From Bacteroidia bacterium (lineage in GTDB: Bacteria; Bacteroidota; Bacteroidia; 2-12-FULL-35-15): a stretch of DNA of 64,000 nt. Positions 37,513-48,071 of the stretch are shown one piece after another. Each line of letters opens with the position of its first letter. Position 1 is the stretch's first letter. Under the pieces are notes generated by a model. It saw only the letters and a list, made by a program, of their open reading frames with translations, had not been told where the DNA came from and ran no database searches. The stretch spans positions 171,730-235,729 of the forward strand of contig JAURXZ010000024.1 in the NCBI GenBank assembly GCA_030654175.1. The letters run 5' to 3'. Both the position numbers and the translations under genes were made by a program.

Positions 37513-38415
37513 ATGAAAAAGACCCAAATGTTATTCACTGGTATTGCATGTCTTGCAATTACAGCTTCCTTTTGTCAAAACGAGATCAACGGTCAAAACT
37601 CAACTATTAAAAAAAGAAAACTAAAAGTTGTTGATGCTGCAATTGCACCCGGTATGACTTTTCACGTTAGCCCCCTTGGTTCATTCAGCGATTTTCAACA
37701 GATCAACCCAAAGTCTGTTTTGTTAAGCGAAAACATGGATGGGTACACTATATCCAATGGTTTTATGGCTTCTGCAGGTCCCACATTTAATGCCAACCTT
37801 GGATTTAATATCGCAAACAATGCAAAAACAGAATATAAATCAAATACTCAATTACGTATTGGAATAACGTTTTCAGAAATAAGCATGTCGAATAATCTTT
37901 CTAAAACCGATAGAAAAAGGTTTGATACCCTGACTTCCAGCCAAACCGGGCAAATGGTATTTTCTGATTCGGTAACGTATAGCAGTTATACTATGAATTA
38001 TAAAACTCAACAGTTAAGAATTGATGTTTCAATTATTTATAGAACCAACCCTGCTGCGCGATGGTCGGTTTTTGGGGGCATTGGCATTGAAGCCGGGGAA
38101 TCAATAATGGCTTATACCGATATTAATTACAGTGAATATTCAACCGTTACACCGGCAAACAGCACTTCCGGCACATCATACAGCAGCAATACACCATATC
38201 GCTCCGAACAGATCATTAATAAAAATACTTATGGGTATGCCGCGTATTTGCCTATGGGACTTGATTTTAGAATAGGCAATAAAAGGGAATTTTTTAAACA
38301 ACTTCACGTTTTTTATGAAGCCAGACCTTTTGTAAATTACACGTATATACCTGAGCTGGGCAGCATAAACAGTGTTGGGATCAAAAGCGCACTTGGATTA
38401 AGAGTTACTATTTGA
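37513..38415 (+). CDS. Hypothetical exported protein, probably outer-membrane beta-barrel
   Basis: Signal peptide, amphipathic beta strands, C-terminal ALGLRVTI. Confidence 0.6.
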   Translation: MKKTQMLFTGIACLAITASFCQNEINGQNSTIKKRKLKVVDAAIAPGMTFHVSPLGSFSDFQQINPKSVLLSENMDGYTISNGFMASAGPTFNANLGFNIANNAKTEYKSNTQLRIGITFSEISMSNNLSKTDRKRFDTLTSSQTGQMVFSDSVTYSSYTMNYKTQQLRIDVSIIYRTNPAARWSVFGGIGIEAGESIMAYTDINYSEYSTVTPANSTSGTSYSSNTPYRSEQIINKNTYGYAAYLPMGLDFRIGNKREFFKQLHVFYEARPFVNYTYIPELGSINSVGIKSALGLRVTI

Positions 38416-38483
38416 TCCGGGCATAAGAAAAAAACTCTCGGTCTGAATATTAATAACCTTGTCTAGGGCATGCTATTTACCCC

Positions 38484-39413
38484 CTACAGAGGCTTCTTCT
38501 TCCTCCGGTAGGATTTGGCCCGGCTTGTTTTTTTAAATGGCCAGCTCACTAAATAAACACCAATAATGATAAGTGCTCCTGAAACAATCTTTCGCGCATC
38601 CAGTTCATCATTATGATAATAGTAAACGGCAATGAGGGTTGCCAAAAACGGTTGCAGATAAATATAAATGCTTACCACAGCCGGACTTAGTGCACGTAAA
38701 GCGTACGTGTTTAAAACATAGGCGAAAAAGGTGGTTGCAACCACAACAAAAACAATATCCCACACAATGTTGGAAGGCATTGTGGCCCATTCTACCTGTT
38801 TGAATTCACTGAATCCGAATGGCAACACGTAAAGAAATCCAAATAAAAACACCCACTTTACAATGGTAAATGTGTTATATTTTTTCATTAAGGGTTTTAC
38901 CAGAATGATGTAAAATGCCCATGACATTGAGTTGATCAATATCATTAAATCCCCGGTAATTGTTTCGGAACCAAAAGAAAATGATTTATTAAAAAGCAAC
39001 AGTAACAAAGCTCCCCCAACACCAATAGTGATACCTGCAATTTTACTGATCGAAATTTTTTCTTTTAATACTATCGCAGCGATCAGCAATACCACAATAG
39101 GGTTGGATACCATAATAATGGATGCATTGATGGGGCTGGTTAAACTTAAGCCCTTTAAAAAAAACAGCTGATTCACTGCTACTCCGCAAACAGCCAACAG
39201 AGCAATACGGGGAAGATCTTTTTTATCAATTTTTTCTTTGATAAAAAGTGCGCTTACTATCCAAAATAATATTAATGCGCCACCAACCCGCATCATTACA
39301 AAAGCAAAAGGCTGAACATAGGCAGGCATTACTTCTTTAGCAATAGAATAATTGGCACCATAAATAATATTTACAGTTAATAATGCTAAATGTGCCTGAA
39401 TAACTTTGTTCAT
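38484..39413 (-). CDS. DMT/EamA family transporter
   Basis: About 10 TMs in two repeats; IYGANY, LKEK, YIYLQP. Confidence 0.92.
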   Translation of the reverse strand: MNKVIQAHLALLTVNIIYGANYSIAKEVMPAYVQPFAFVMMRVGGALILFWIVSALFIKEKIDKKDLPRIALLAVCGVAVNQLFFLKGLSLTSPINASIIMVSNPIVVLLIAAIVLKEKISISKIAGITIGVGGALLLLLFNKSFSFGSETITGDLMILINSMSWAFYIILVKPLMKKYNTFTIVKWVFLFGFLYVLPFGFSEFKQVEWATMPSNIVWDIVFVVVATTFFAYVLNTYALRALSPAVVSIYIYLQPFLATLIAVYYYHNDELDARKIVSGALIIIGVYLVSWPFKKTSRAKSYRRKKKPL

Positions 39414-39451
39414 GTGCTTCTCCCCTGCCCTCCCTTATTGCGGTGGCGTGT

Positions 39452-39802
39452 TTATAATTCTGCTTTAGCAGCAGCAACAGTGCTTTTAGAATTACCAACA
39501 AATATTTTATTGCCGGTAATGATCACGGGGCGTTTTAAAAAGGTGTATTCCTGTAGGATATAATTTTTGTAATCTTCTTCTGTTAATTGTTTTTTATCAA
39601 GTCCTAAAGCTCTGTATTTAAGGGCGACACGGCTGAACAAAGCTTCGTAGCTCCCTGCCATTTTTTTCATTTCTGCAAGTTGAGAGGCAGTAATTTTTTC
39701 GTTTTTTATATCCTGAAGATCAAATTTTTTATCCTTTAACTCCAGTTCATTCATTATCCTGATACAAGTGGAACAAGAGCTTAAGTAATATATTTTTTGC
39801 AT
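39452..39802 (-). CDS. ArsC/Spx-like family protein
   Basis: YYLSSCSTC..FLKRPV; ATG 39802 preferred. Confidence 0.85.
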   Translation of the reverse strand: MQKIYYLSSCSTCIRIMNELELKDKKFDLQDIKNEKITASQLAEMKKMAGSYEALFSRVALKYRALGLDKKQLTEEDYKNYILQEYTFLKRPVIITGNKIFVGNSKSTVAAAKAEL

Positions 39803-39908
39803 TCTTTTATATTTTTGTACAGACAACGAATCAATACTAATTTACGAATCTATGTGTTAAGAGCAACAAACGCTGATTCGTAAATTCGTAAAAATTCGTT
39901 ATTTGTAA

Positions 39909-41342
39909 CTATTCTACAACACTAAGTTTAACCATATTTGATCTTCCTTTTTCACTTAAAGGCACACTTGCAATGTTGATTATAAAATCCTTCGGTTTTA
40001 CAAATCCGGTCTTTTTCAAAATAAATTTTATATCCGCAATAGTATGATCTGTGCTTATATCTTTATCATAATAGAACCCTTTTACGCCCCATACCAGGCT
40101 TAAAGTAGTAAGTATATGGTAATTGTCGGTGAACACAAAAATATCGGCTTTAGGGCGATGGCTGGCTAATTTAAAAGCAGTGTAACCCGAGTGTGTCATG
40201 GTTATGATAGCCGTTGCTTTGGTGCGTTGCGCCATTTTTGCCGCGGTATAACAAATAGAATCTGAAATAAAACGGTCGTTGTGCATATTTACTTCAGGCG
40301 CTGCGTTATCGCGATTATAAATAAGACTTTGTTTTTCTACGTGTTCAATAATTTTTGTCATTGCTTCAACCACCTTTGCCGGATGATTCCCTACCGATGT
40401 TTCTGCACTTAACATTACAGCATCTGCACCATCCATTACGCTATTGGCCACGTCATTAACTTCGGCACGGGAGGGGCTGATATTCGTGATCATACTCTCC
40501 ATCATTTGCGTTGCAATGATCACAGGCTTGGATTCCTCCAGACATTTACGCACCAGCATTTTTTGAATTACAGGCACCTCCTGCATCGGCACCTCCACAC
40601 CCAGGTCGCCACGAGCTACCATTATGGCATCCGTTTCTTTAATTATATTATCAATATCTAAGATCGCTTCAGGCTTCTCAATTTTAGCTACCACCTTGGT
40701 TCTCACATTATGATCAAATTTTTGGATCAGGTATTTTAGTTCAATAATATCAGATGCTGAACGAACAAATGAAAGCCCCACCCAGTCTACGTTTTGTATT
40801 AAAGCAAAATTCAGGTCTTCCAGATCTTTCGCTGTTAAACAAGGTAATGAAATTTTTGTGTTAGGAAGATTTACTCCTTTTTTTGAAGATAAAATTCCAC
40901 CATGGCTGATTATAGCTTTTACCTCGTCATTGCCATTGGTTTCTACAACAGTTAACAATAATTTACCATCGTCAATCAATATATTTTCACCCGCCTTTAC
41001 ATCTTTAGGAAATTGAGGGTAGGTAATGTAAATGCGCTCCGCATTGCCAATACACTCAACGGTGGTGATGATGATCTCCTTCCCAGCAACTAATTCTATA
41101 CTGTTATTTTCAACAATGCCAATGCGTAATTTTGGACCCTGTAAGTCGGCCAGGATCGCAGCGTGGGATCCGAGTTTTTTATTTACTGCACGTATGTTTT
41201 TTATTTGTTCCAATACATTTTCATGAGAGCCATGCGAAAAGTTAATACGGCACACATTTGCCCCAGCCAATATCATTTCTTCGATCACTTCGGCCGATGA
41301 AGAGGCCGGACCAAGTGTAACAACAATTTTTGTTCTTTTCAT
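39909..41342 (-). CDS. pyk: Pyruvate kinase
   Basis: RTKIVVTLGP, RINFSHG, DLQGPKLR, AKIEK, MVARGDLGVE, ATQMMESM. Confidence 0.98.
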   Translation of the reverse strand: MKRTKIVVTLGPASSSAEVIEEMILAGANVCRINFSHGSHENVLEQIKNIRAVNKKLGSHAAILADLQGPKLRIGIVENNSIELVAGKEIIITTVECIGNAERIYITYPQFPKDVKAGENILIDDGKLLLTVVETNGNDEVKAIISHGGILSSKKGVNLPNTKISLPCLTAKDLEDLNFALIQNVDWVGLSFVRSASDIIELKYLIQKFDHNVRTKVVAKIEKPEAILDIDNIIKETDAIMVARGDLGVEVPMQEVPVIQKMLVRKCLEESKPVIIATQMMESMITNISPSRAEVNDVANSVMDGADAVMLSAETSVGNHPAKVVEAMTKIIEHVEKQSLIYNRDNAAPEVNMHNDRFISDSICYTAAKMAQRTKATAIITMTHSGYTAFKLASHRPKADIFVFTDNYHILTTLSLVWGVKGFYYDKDISTDHTIADIKFILKKTGFVKPKDFIINIASVPLSEKGRSNMVKLSVVE

Positions 41343-41357
41343 TTTTTGTAAATATGT

Positions 41358-41846
41358 TTAAAAAATTAAATTTACCTTAGATTTAAGATCTGCCACATCA
41401 ACCAAAACCGCGGTAAGAATAAAATCCAGCGTTTTGATTTTCCTGATCATTTCTTTTATATCTTTTTTTGTTATTTCTCCCCTGATCACAAAAAAATAAT
41501 TCATTTGTTTCTGTTCAGGGATTAATATTCCAATTTCTGTAGATTGCGACTCCGTTGCACTTTTACCAAACAACGTATTCGATTTCGAATCAAATAATTT
41601 GTTTTCACTAAAGTTGGAGATCACAAAGTATTCCATAAACTCATCCGCATCTTCAAAACTAAACAATGAAAAAAAAGAAGGTGTGTTTTGCTTTTTAGAT
41701 TTTATTTCAAGCGGATCGCTCTTGGTCAGATCAAGTTCCAGTATATTATTCAGTGCCCAGCATATACGGTAATCTTTTTCGTGAGAGGAAATGCCTATCA
41801 GCTTAAAATCATAATCGTATTCTATTTTAAGAGTATGCTTCCCCAC
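41358..41846 (-). CDS. IPExxxVDY family protein
   Basis: DFKLIGISSHEKDYRICWALN, LIPEQKQMNYF, SKVNLIF; directly upstream of pyk; GTG start. Confidence 0.85.
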   Translation of the reverse strand: MGKHTLKIEYDYDFKLIGISSHEKDYRICWALNNILELDLTKSDPLEIKSKKQNTPSFFSLFSFEDADEFMEYFVISNFSENKLFDSKSNTLFGKSATESQSTEIGILIPEQKQMNYFFVIRGEITKKDIKEMIRKIKTLDFILTAVLVDVADLKSKVNLIF

Positions 41847-41983
41847 AACCGCTTTTTTAAATCAACCGTAAATTTATAAATCTAATATGAAGAATGTGTT
41901 AAATATTTTATAATAATGAAATAACATTTTAAAATCAGCACTGTACTGCAGGATCTCATTAATAAAAAAGTATGCGCTAAATC

Positions 41984-42021
41984 AAAAAGCTCAAATGTTC
42001 AGTTGAACATTTGAGCTTTTT
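41984..42021. terminator. Intrinsic (bidirectional-type) terminator downstream of the PPIase gene
   Basis: aaaaagctcaaatgttc-agtt-gaacatttgagcttttt. Confidence 0.85.
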
Positions 42022-42069
42022 AAGTGAACCTAAACATGTTTTTCGAATTCTAAAAAAGAACGCTGATTT

Positions 42070-44256
42070 TTAATAGAACGTAAATAAACGCTCTGTAATA
42101 TTTGCATTTGTTTTTAAAGCATCATACACTTCATAATCAACACGTGGCTGAAGTTGCATAAGTGCTGCTTCTTGTTGTGCTTTATAATCTTTTTGAACAG
42201 GAGCTTCAGTAACTGCTTCCACATATACAACATACACTCCATCTTTACCTACCAGTGGTTTGCTTGTCGCTTTTGCTTTTAATGCCGCTACAGCCCCGAT
42301 CACAGTTGGTTGATTACCGGCTCCCGGAATAGAAGTTGTGTTAAAGTTAATTTGTTTTGCTTGTTCTACATTTAATTTCATTTTAGTTGCAAGAGCATCG
42401 ATTTGTGTACCTCCACCTATAGCTGTATTAAATTCACTAACAAACATCTCTGCTTTTTTCTCTTTTATCACTTTTGCAGTAAGATCTTCTTTTACCTGAT
42501 CAATTGGTGCAACTCCTTTTTCTTTGATATCGCTTAACACAGCAACCACAAATTTATTTCCGAATTCCAAAGGCTCAGATACTGTACCTTTTTTATTTTC
42601 GTATGCCCAACGGATCAAAGGACGAGGGGACTCTATACCTGCAATGGTTTTATCATTTTCTTTGATACTTTCCACTACACGTTTGTTTAATTTATTTTCT
42701 ACAACCGCTTTTTGAAAAAGCTCATCTGTATTGTTTTTTCCTGCAAATTCACTTGCTTTAAGGAATGCTGCCTGCATTGTTTTGTTGCTCGGCTCTAATT
42801 TTCTTTCGATAGTTGCTACCTGAACTTTCTTTTGTGAACCTTTTGTATCAAGCACTTCTATAATGTGGTATCCAAATTGTGATTCAGCAATAACGATAGC
42901 GCCTTTTTTGTTATCAAGTCCTGCATTTTTAAATGGCTCTACAAACTGGCTGCCCGGATTTAACCAACCATAATCTCCACCTTTACCCGGATAATATTCT
43001 CCTTCTTTTTTATTCGGAGGCATGTTCTTACCGCCATCGTCAGATAATTTATCAACAAGCTCGCTGAATTTTGCTCCTTTTTTCAACAAAGCCAATAAAC
43101 TATCTGCAGTCGTTTTCGCCTGCTCTTTGCTACGTGTAACACTTTCTGATGCTCCTGAACCAGCATAAGCAATTAAAATGTGACGAACCTTTGCGGAATC
43201 AGCAGCACTTTTAACAGCAATCAATTTAGAAACTTTTAATATCTCATTTTCTTTATAGGGACCTACAACAGTTCCAACTGCTGCATTAAACATGATAGAA
43301 TCAATTTCCGGAGATAATGTTCCTTTTGCATGAAAACTAACGTCAAAAAGGCGGTTATCCGATTCTGCGATTACAAATAAAGAATCTTCACTTGGTTTAG
43401 TTGTTTTAAAAGTGTTCGCTAATGCTATCATACCCACCAACGCCTCATCTTTATCTTCCTGAGAAGGAGTAATGTCAAATGCTACGTATTCAATTTTACG
43501 TGATGTTTCCTGCTTAAATTCATTTTGATGTGCAGCATAATAAGTGTTTAGATCAGCATCTGCCACTTTAATGGTACTATCAGCAACTAATTTGAAATTT
43601 TTGGTTACATATTTAATATCTGCATTGGTATTTTGAGCAATATAATCACGTTTTGCAGCCGATGTGGTCACATAAAGACCTTTTTTAATAAGGTTGTTAT
43701 ATTTTTCAATGATACGCATCTGGCGGATATAACTCTCCAACTGAATCCATTGTTTTTCTTGTTCAGGGTTCATTTTTTGAGTAAATTCTTTAAGTTTAGC
43801 CGGGCTCACCTGTCCTGTTTTCGGATCTGCAAACATCGGAGAAACCTGGTTAGTTTGAGGGTCGCTAAGGTTACGTACCAATGCAGAATGAGGGTGATCG
43901 ATCATCAGGTCATACAACTCTTCATCAGAAACAGAAATTCCTAATTTTTCATATTCTTTGTTCATCACCTCTTCGTTGATCGACTGATTCCATACTTGTT
44001 GAATCACACCATCAATTTCGTTTTCGTCCAATACCGTTTTCCCGCTATTGCGTTTTTTGTTTTCAAGCGCTTCTTGCACTTTAGCATTAAAAGTATTGTA
44101 ATCAATTGATTTTCCGGCAATTTCACCTACCGATTTGTCCGAATCACCCGCTGAACCTCTTTCAAATAAACCGGTTAAAACAAATGCAAATAAGGCCAAA
44201 CCTACAATTGTTACTAATAATCCGGAACGTTTACGTAAACTTTCTAAAGCACTCAT
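42070..44256 (-). CDS. ppiD: PpiD-like peptidylprolyl isomerase (SurA N-domain + rotamase)
   Basis: N-terminal anchor LRKRSGLLVTIVGLALFAF; VRHILI, GGDYGW, FGYHII. Confidence 0.88.
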   Translation of the reverse strand: MSALESLRKRSGLLVTIVGLALFAFVLTGLFERGSAGDSDKSVGEIAGKSIDYNTFNAKVQEALENKKRNSGKTVLDENEIDGVIQQVWNQSINEEVMNKEYEKLGISVSDEELYDLMIDHPHSALVRNLSDPQTNQVSPMFADPKTGQVSPAKLKEFTQKMNPEQEKQWIQLESYIRQMRIIEKYNNLIKKGLYVTTSAAKRDYIAQNTNADIKYVTKNFKLVADSTIKVADADLNTYYAAHQNEFKQETSRKIEYVAFDITPSQEDKDEALVGMIALANTFKTTKPSEDSLFVIAESDNRLFDVSFHAKGTLSPEIDSIMFNAAVGTVVGPYKENEILKVSKLIAVKSAADSAKVRHILIAYAGSGASESVTRSKEQAKTTADSLLALLKKGAKFSELVDKLSDDGGKNMPPNKKEGEYYPGKGGDYGWLNPGSQFVEPFKNAGLDNKKGAIVIAESQFGYHIIEVLDTKGSQKKVQVATIERKLEPSNKTMQAAFLKASEFAGKNNTDELFQKAVVENKLNKRVVESIKENDKTIAGIESPRPLIRWAYENKKGTVSEPLEFGNKFVVAVLSDIKEKGVAPIDQVKEDLTAKVIKEKKAEMFVSEFNTAIGGGTQIDALATKMKLNVEQAKQINFNTTSIPGAGNQPTVIGAVAALKAKATSKPLVGKDGVYVVYVEAVTEAPVQKDYKAQQEAALMQLQPRVDYEVYDALKTNANITERLFTFY

Positions 44257-44330
44257 ATTATTGGTTGTTAGTTATATTAGTTGATAGTTCTTGATTCTTA
44301 GATCGTAACTCTTTTTTAATAATTGGGTTG

Positions 44331-44338
44331 CAAATATA
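44331..44338 (-). promoter_or_regulatory. -7 box for the ppiD-like gene
   Basis: TATATTTG-CA on - strand. Confidence 0.55.
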
Positions 44339-44778
44339 AGATTCTTAACGGAATGATTCGGTTTTTTAAGAAAAATCTAGCATAAACCTGGTTTCGGTGG
44401 GAAATTTCAGCCCCCCCCCTGCAAAAAACCTGCAAAATCAAAACCAAAGCCGGGAAAAGACGATAATAATCAATATTGATAGTTACCCGAATCCGATTTT
44501 ATTATTGAAACGTCTTTTTATAATCCGATCCGGTTGATAAAAAAACCTTTCTACATGTCGCTCCGGTAGATCTTCTGCCTATCCATGCCCTTTTATTTTA
44601 CAAACGGAATGCTTCTAAATGAGCCAGAAAAGGTCCATTAGGTCTGGCCTGTTTGTTATAAAAAATCAACACGGGCATACCTGCCCGATGAGGCCACCTA
44701 TTCCGGGGGTAAAAATAAACAACGGAAACGGGTCTTGTATTCCGCTTTCCGATATAAACCATACCATCAAATTTTTTG

Positions 44779-44786
44779 TAACTTTG
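44779..44786 (+). promoter_or_regulatory. -7 box for mrp
   Basis: TAACTTTG-CA. Confidence 0.55.
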
Positions 44787-44896
44787 CATGGTTAAAAAAT
44801 TGGCTTGCAAAAAGGAGCAGATGGTTTAGATCTGCTTTTGCCCCCTTTTTTACGCCATATTAATTCATTTTCAATTTCATATAAAAAATAAAGACA

Positions 44897-45994
44897 ATGA
44901 GCATTACAAAAGAACAGGTTTTAGAAGCTTTAAAAAATGTAGAGGATCCGGATTTAAAAAAGGATCTGGTAACGCTGGGCATGATAAAGGATTTAGAGGT
45001 TGAAGGTAAAAATGTAAGTTTTACAGTGGTGCTTACAACACCTGCCTGCCCTATGAAAGAGATGATTCACAAAGCATGTGTAAATGCGGTTTTACATTTT
45101 ATTGATAAAGAAGCGAATGTAAATGTAAAAATGACCTCTGATGTTACTTCCCGTAAAAGCGGTGGACCTTTATTGCCACATGTGAAAAATATTATTGGAG
45201 TTGCATCCGGTAAGGGTGGTGTTGGGAAATCAACAGTAGCTTCTAATCTGGCTTTGGCACTGGTAAAACTGGGCGCAAAGGTAGGTTTGGTGGATGCTGA
45301 TATTTATGGTCCTTCGCAAACTATTATGTTTGATGTGGTACACGAAAAACCTATGATCAAGGTAATTGACGGTAAAAACAAAATTATTCCTGTTGAAAGT
45401 TATGGTGTAAAATTATTATCCATCGGTTTTTTTGCTGATACCTCACAAGCCATTGTTTGGAGAGGGCCTATGGCAGCAAAAGCATTGATACAAATGTTTT
45501 CGGATGCCGAATGGGGTGAATTGGATTATATGATCATTGATCTTCCTCCCGGAACAGGTGATATTCATTTATCCTTGGTTGGAGCCGTTCCTTTGAATGG
45601 GGTTGTAATTGTAAGTACACCTCAACTTGTAGCATTGGCTGATGCAAAAAAAGGTGTTGGAATGTTTAAGTTGCCTTCTATAAACGTACCGGTTTTAGGT
45701 ATTGTAGAGAACATGTCTTACTTCACTCCACCTGAATTGCCAAACAATAAATATTACATTTTTGGTAAAGACGGAGCAAAAAAACTAGCCGAAGAATTAG
45801 AAGTGCCTCTATTAGGAGAAATACCATTAGTGCAAAGTATTTGCGAAGCTGGTGATGCCGGTCGCCCGGCAGTATTGCAGGAAACCACACCTCAGGCGAT
45901 CGCCTTTATGGAAATGGCAAGCAAAGTGGCTCAGCAATTATCAATACAAAATGCAAAAACCCCGGTAGCGCAAGTGGCGAATGTTAACGGTTAA
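44897..45994 (+). CDS. mrp: Mrp/NBP35 (ApbC) Fe-S cluster carrier ATPase
   Basis: DUF59-like N-domain (LTTPACP), SGKGGVGKST, DADIYGPS, WRGPM, DLPPGTGD, VENMS. Confidence 0.95.
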   Translation: MSITKEQVLEALKNVEDPDLKKDLVTLGMIKDLEVEGKNVSFTVVLTTPACPMKEMIHKACVNAVLHFIDKEANVNVKMTSDVTSRKSGGPLLPHVKNIIGVASGKGGVGKSTVASNLALALVKLGAKVGLVDADIYGPSQTIMFDVVHEKPMIKVIDGKNKIIPVESYGVKLLSIGFFADTSQAIVWRGPMAAKALIQMFSDAEWGELDYMIIDLPPGTGDIHLSLVGAVPLNGVVIVSTPQLVALADAKKGVGMFKLPSINVPVLGIVENMSYFTPPELPNNKYYIFGKDGAKKLAEELEVPLLGEIPLVQSICEAGDAGRPAVLQETTPQAIAFMEMASKVAQQLSIQNAKTPVAQVANVNG

Positions 45995-46007
45995 CATTCT
46001 GTTTTTT

Positions 46008-46060
46008 TACCTCACCCCTCAATCCCCTCTCCAACTGGAGAGGGGGAAGGGGGTGAGGTA
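46008..46060. repeat. GC-rich palindromic repeat (CCTCACCCC..GGGGTGAGG family)
   Basis: tacctcacccc-tcaat-cccctctcca-ac-tggagagggg-gaag-ggggtgaggta. Confidence 0.8.
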
Positions 46061-46153
46061 GAAAAAGGAACGCCCAAATAAAAAAGCTTTTAGACCAATT
46101 GATTTTTTATTGATCGACTAAGATTCATAAGCAATGGACCACAAAAGGCCCTC

Positions 46154-47674
46154 ATGAAAACAATGAACTCTAAAACTGCCCTATTTACAACCCTTTGTTT
46201 AACACTATTTATTTATAGCGCTGTAGCTCAAAACTACAGATACACCTCTACCCTGTTCCCTTCCTCTGCCATAACCCCTAACGTGGTTTACGGCACAGCC
46301 AATTTCTTAAACGGCCCTTATAATGACGAAAACAACACAAGTGTTGGAAATCTGATAATGGACATTTACCGGCCACAAGGCGACACCTGCACCAATCGTC
46401 CGGTGATATTATTTGCCCATGGAGGAGGTTTTTTTTCCGGCACCAGGAACAATAACGACATGGCCGCTTTTTGCGATAGTTTTGCCAGAATGGGCTACGT
46501 TACCGCAACCTTCGATTACCGGATGGGAGTTTATACTTCTTCCAACTCCTCGCTTCATTATACCAGAACCGTTTACAGAGCAATACAAGATGGAAGAACT
46601 GCTGTGAGATACTTTAGAGCAAATGCCGCCATATATGGGATCAATCCCAATAAAATTTACTTTGCCGGAAGCAGTGCCGGTGCATTTATTGGCTTGCAAA
46701 GCATTTATATGGATGAGCCGTCAGAAAAACCGGCATCAGCAGGTGCAATTACATATACCGATATTATTGCCCCTTTCAATTTTAGCGGCCCCGATCTTGG
46801 TGGATACAACATTGGCGATAACCTATCCTTTAATGGAGAGCCGGACGCAGTCCTGTCGCTCTGGGGAGGAGTTGCATCAACCGGTTTAATTACCTCAACC
46901 AATAATCAACCTGTATTTCTTGTTCATGGCACCATAGACCCAATTGTCCCTTTTGATATAGGCTCCCCCTTCAGTTTGCCATCTTTACCCAATACATACG
47001 GCAGCAAACAAATTAATCTCAAACTCGATTCACTTGGATTAACTGACAAGGAAACCTATTTTGTGCCTAATCAGGGGCACGAATTTTATGGCGTTACAAA
47101 CGGAATGTGGAACACCGGTTTTGGCGGAAACGCCTACTGGGATACGATTGTAAACAGGTCAGCCATTTTTTTCTGGAAACACCACAAACCGCTTGCAAAC
47201 TTTAGCAGTTCGGCAACACAGTTAAATGTAAATTTCACTGATAACAGTTCCGGTTCTATTCTCTGGCATTGGGATTTCGGAGATAGCAACTCGAGTAATT
47301 TACAAAACCCGGTTCACACCTATGCAAGTGATGGCACCTACACCGTTAACCTATATATCGAAAATAATATCCAGAGCTGGGATACGATCAGTCATCAAAT
47401 AACAATTACTGCAACGGGTATTGATAAACTAAAATCAAACAATTTTAGTGTTTTCCCTATTCCCTCTAATGGCCCGGTTTATATAAACTTTAAGTATGTG
47501 TTGAAGAATGCCTCGGTTCAATTATTTAATACACGCGGACAACTTATTCAGGAAAAATTTTATCAAAACAACGATCAGTTAACTATTAATTTGAGTGGTT
47601 TAGAAAACAACATTTACTTTATCAGGATACTTACCAACGAAGAGATATCCTGGGTCAAAGTAATAAAAAATTAG
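46154..47674 (+). CDS. Secreted alpha/beta-hydrolase (carboxylesterase/lipase-like) with PKD and T9SS type A CTD
   Basis: HGGGF, GSSAG, HGTIDPIVP, GHE; PKD WDFGD; CTD VFPIPS..YFIRI..KVIKN. Confidence 0.9.
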   Translation: MKTMNSKTALFTTLCLTLFIYSAVAQNYRYTSTLFPSSAITPNVVYGTANFLNGPYNDENNTSVGNLIMDIYRPQGDTCTNRPVILFAHGGGFFSGTRNNNDMAAFCDSFARMGYVTATFDYRMGVYTSSNSSLHYTRTVYRAIQDGRTAVRYFRANAAIYGINPNKIYFAGSSAGAFIGLQSIYMDEPSEKPASAGAITYTDIIAPFNFSGPDLGGYNIGDNLSFNGEPDAVLSLWGGVASTGLITSTNNQPVFLVHGTIDPIVPFDIGSPFSLPSLPNTYGSKQINLKLDSLGLTDKETYFVPNQGHEFYGVTNGMWNTGFGGNAYWDTIVNRSAIFFWKHHKPLANFSSSATQLNVNFTDNSSGSILWHWDFGDSNSSNLQNPVHTYASDGTYTVNLYIENNIQSWDTISHQITITATGIDKLKSNNFSVFPIPSNGPVYINFKYVLKNASVQLFNTRGQLIQEKFYQNNDQLTINLSGLENNIYFIRILTNEEISWVKVIKN

Positions 47675-47966
47675 TTCTGTTTATTTTACAATAATCCTAT
47701 AAGTGATTCACCGGAACAAGTACGGAAGCATCAACTTATAAACCGGGAAGGCATTTTATTTCCTAAAGTGGTGATTTTTTTCTTCAAATACACCCCAACA
47801 ACCTTTTCTATACATAAAAAAGATTTCTGCTTTATTATTTTTATGCTGCTGCAATGCCCTTGCAATGGCGGTTTAGTCCAATTACAGTCAGGGGCTTTAC
47901 AAACACTCTTTCCCCATAATTCCATCCATCGTTTTGTTTATTTTCAAGTTGGCACAAATTTTTAAT

Positions 47967-48023
47967 TGTGTCTTTTATCACAGATTATTGAGCAATAAAC
48001 TCATTAAAATGAAATAAATCATT
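47967..48023. promoter_or_regulatory. Two putative Crp/Fnr-type palindromes upstream of the REC-Crp gene
   Basis: TGTGT-N6-TCACA (47967..47982) and AATGA-N6-TCATT (48008..48023). Confidence 0.4.
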
Positions 48024-48071
48024 GAAAATTATTAAAACGAACCAACTCTTATTCTAAAAAAACAAAAAATC

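Noticed and set aside
44340-44780. Hidden gene or ncRNA in the ppiD-mrp spacer (C-run, short hairpins, 70-aa ORF)
   Set aside because: No recognisable motif or coherent fold; divergent promoters explain part of it
47949-47965. Sigma-54 promoter (TTGGCAC; a similar word on - strand near 57702..57708)
   Set aside because: The -24 word is present but the -12 GC is absent (TTTA, TTGG), so it cannot be supported
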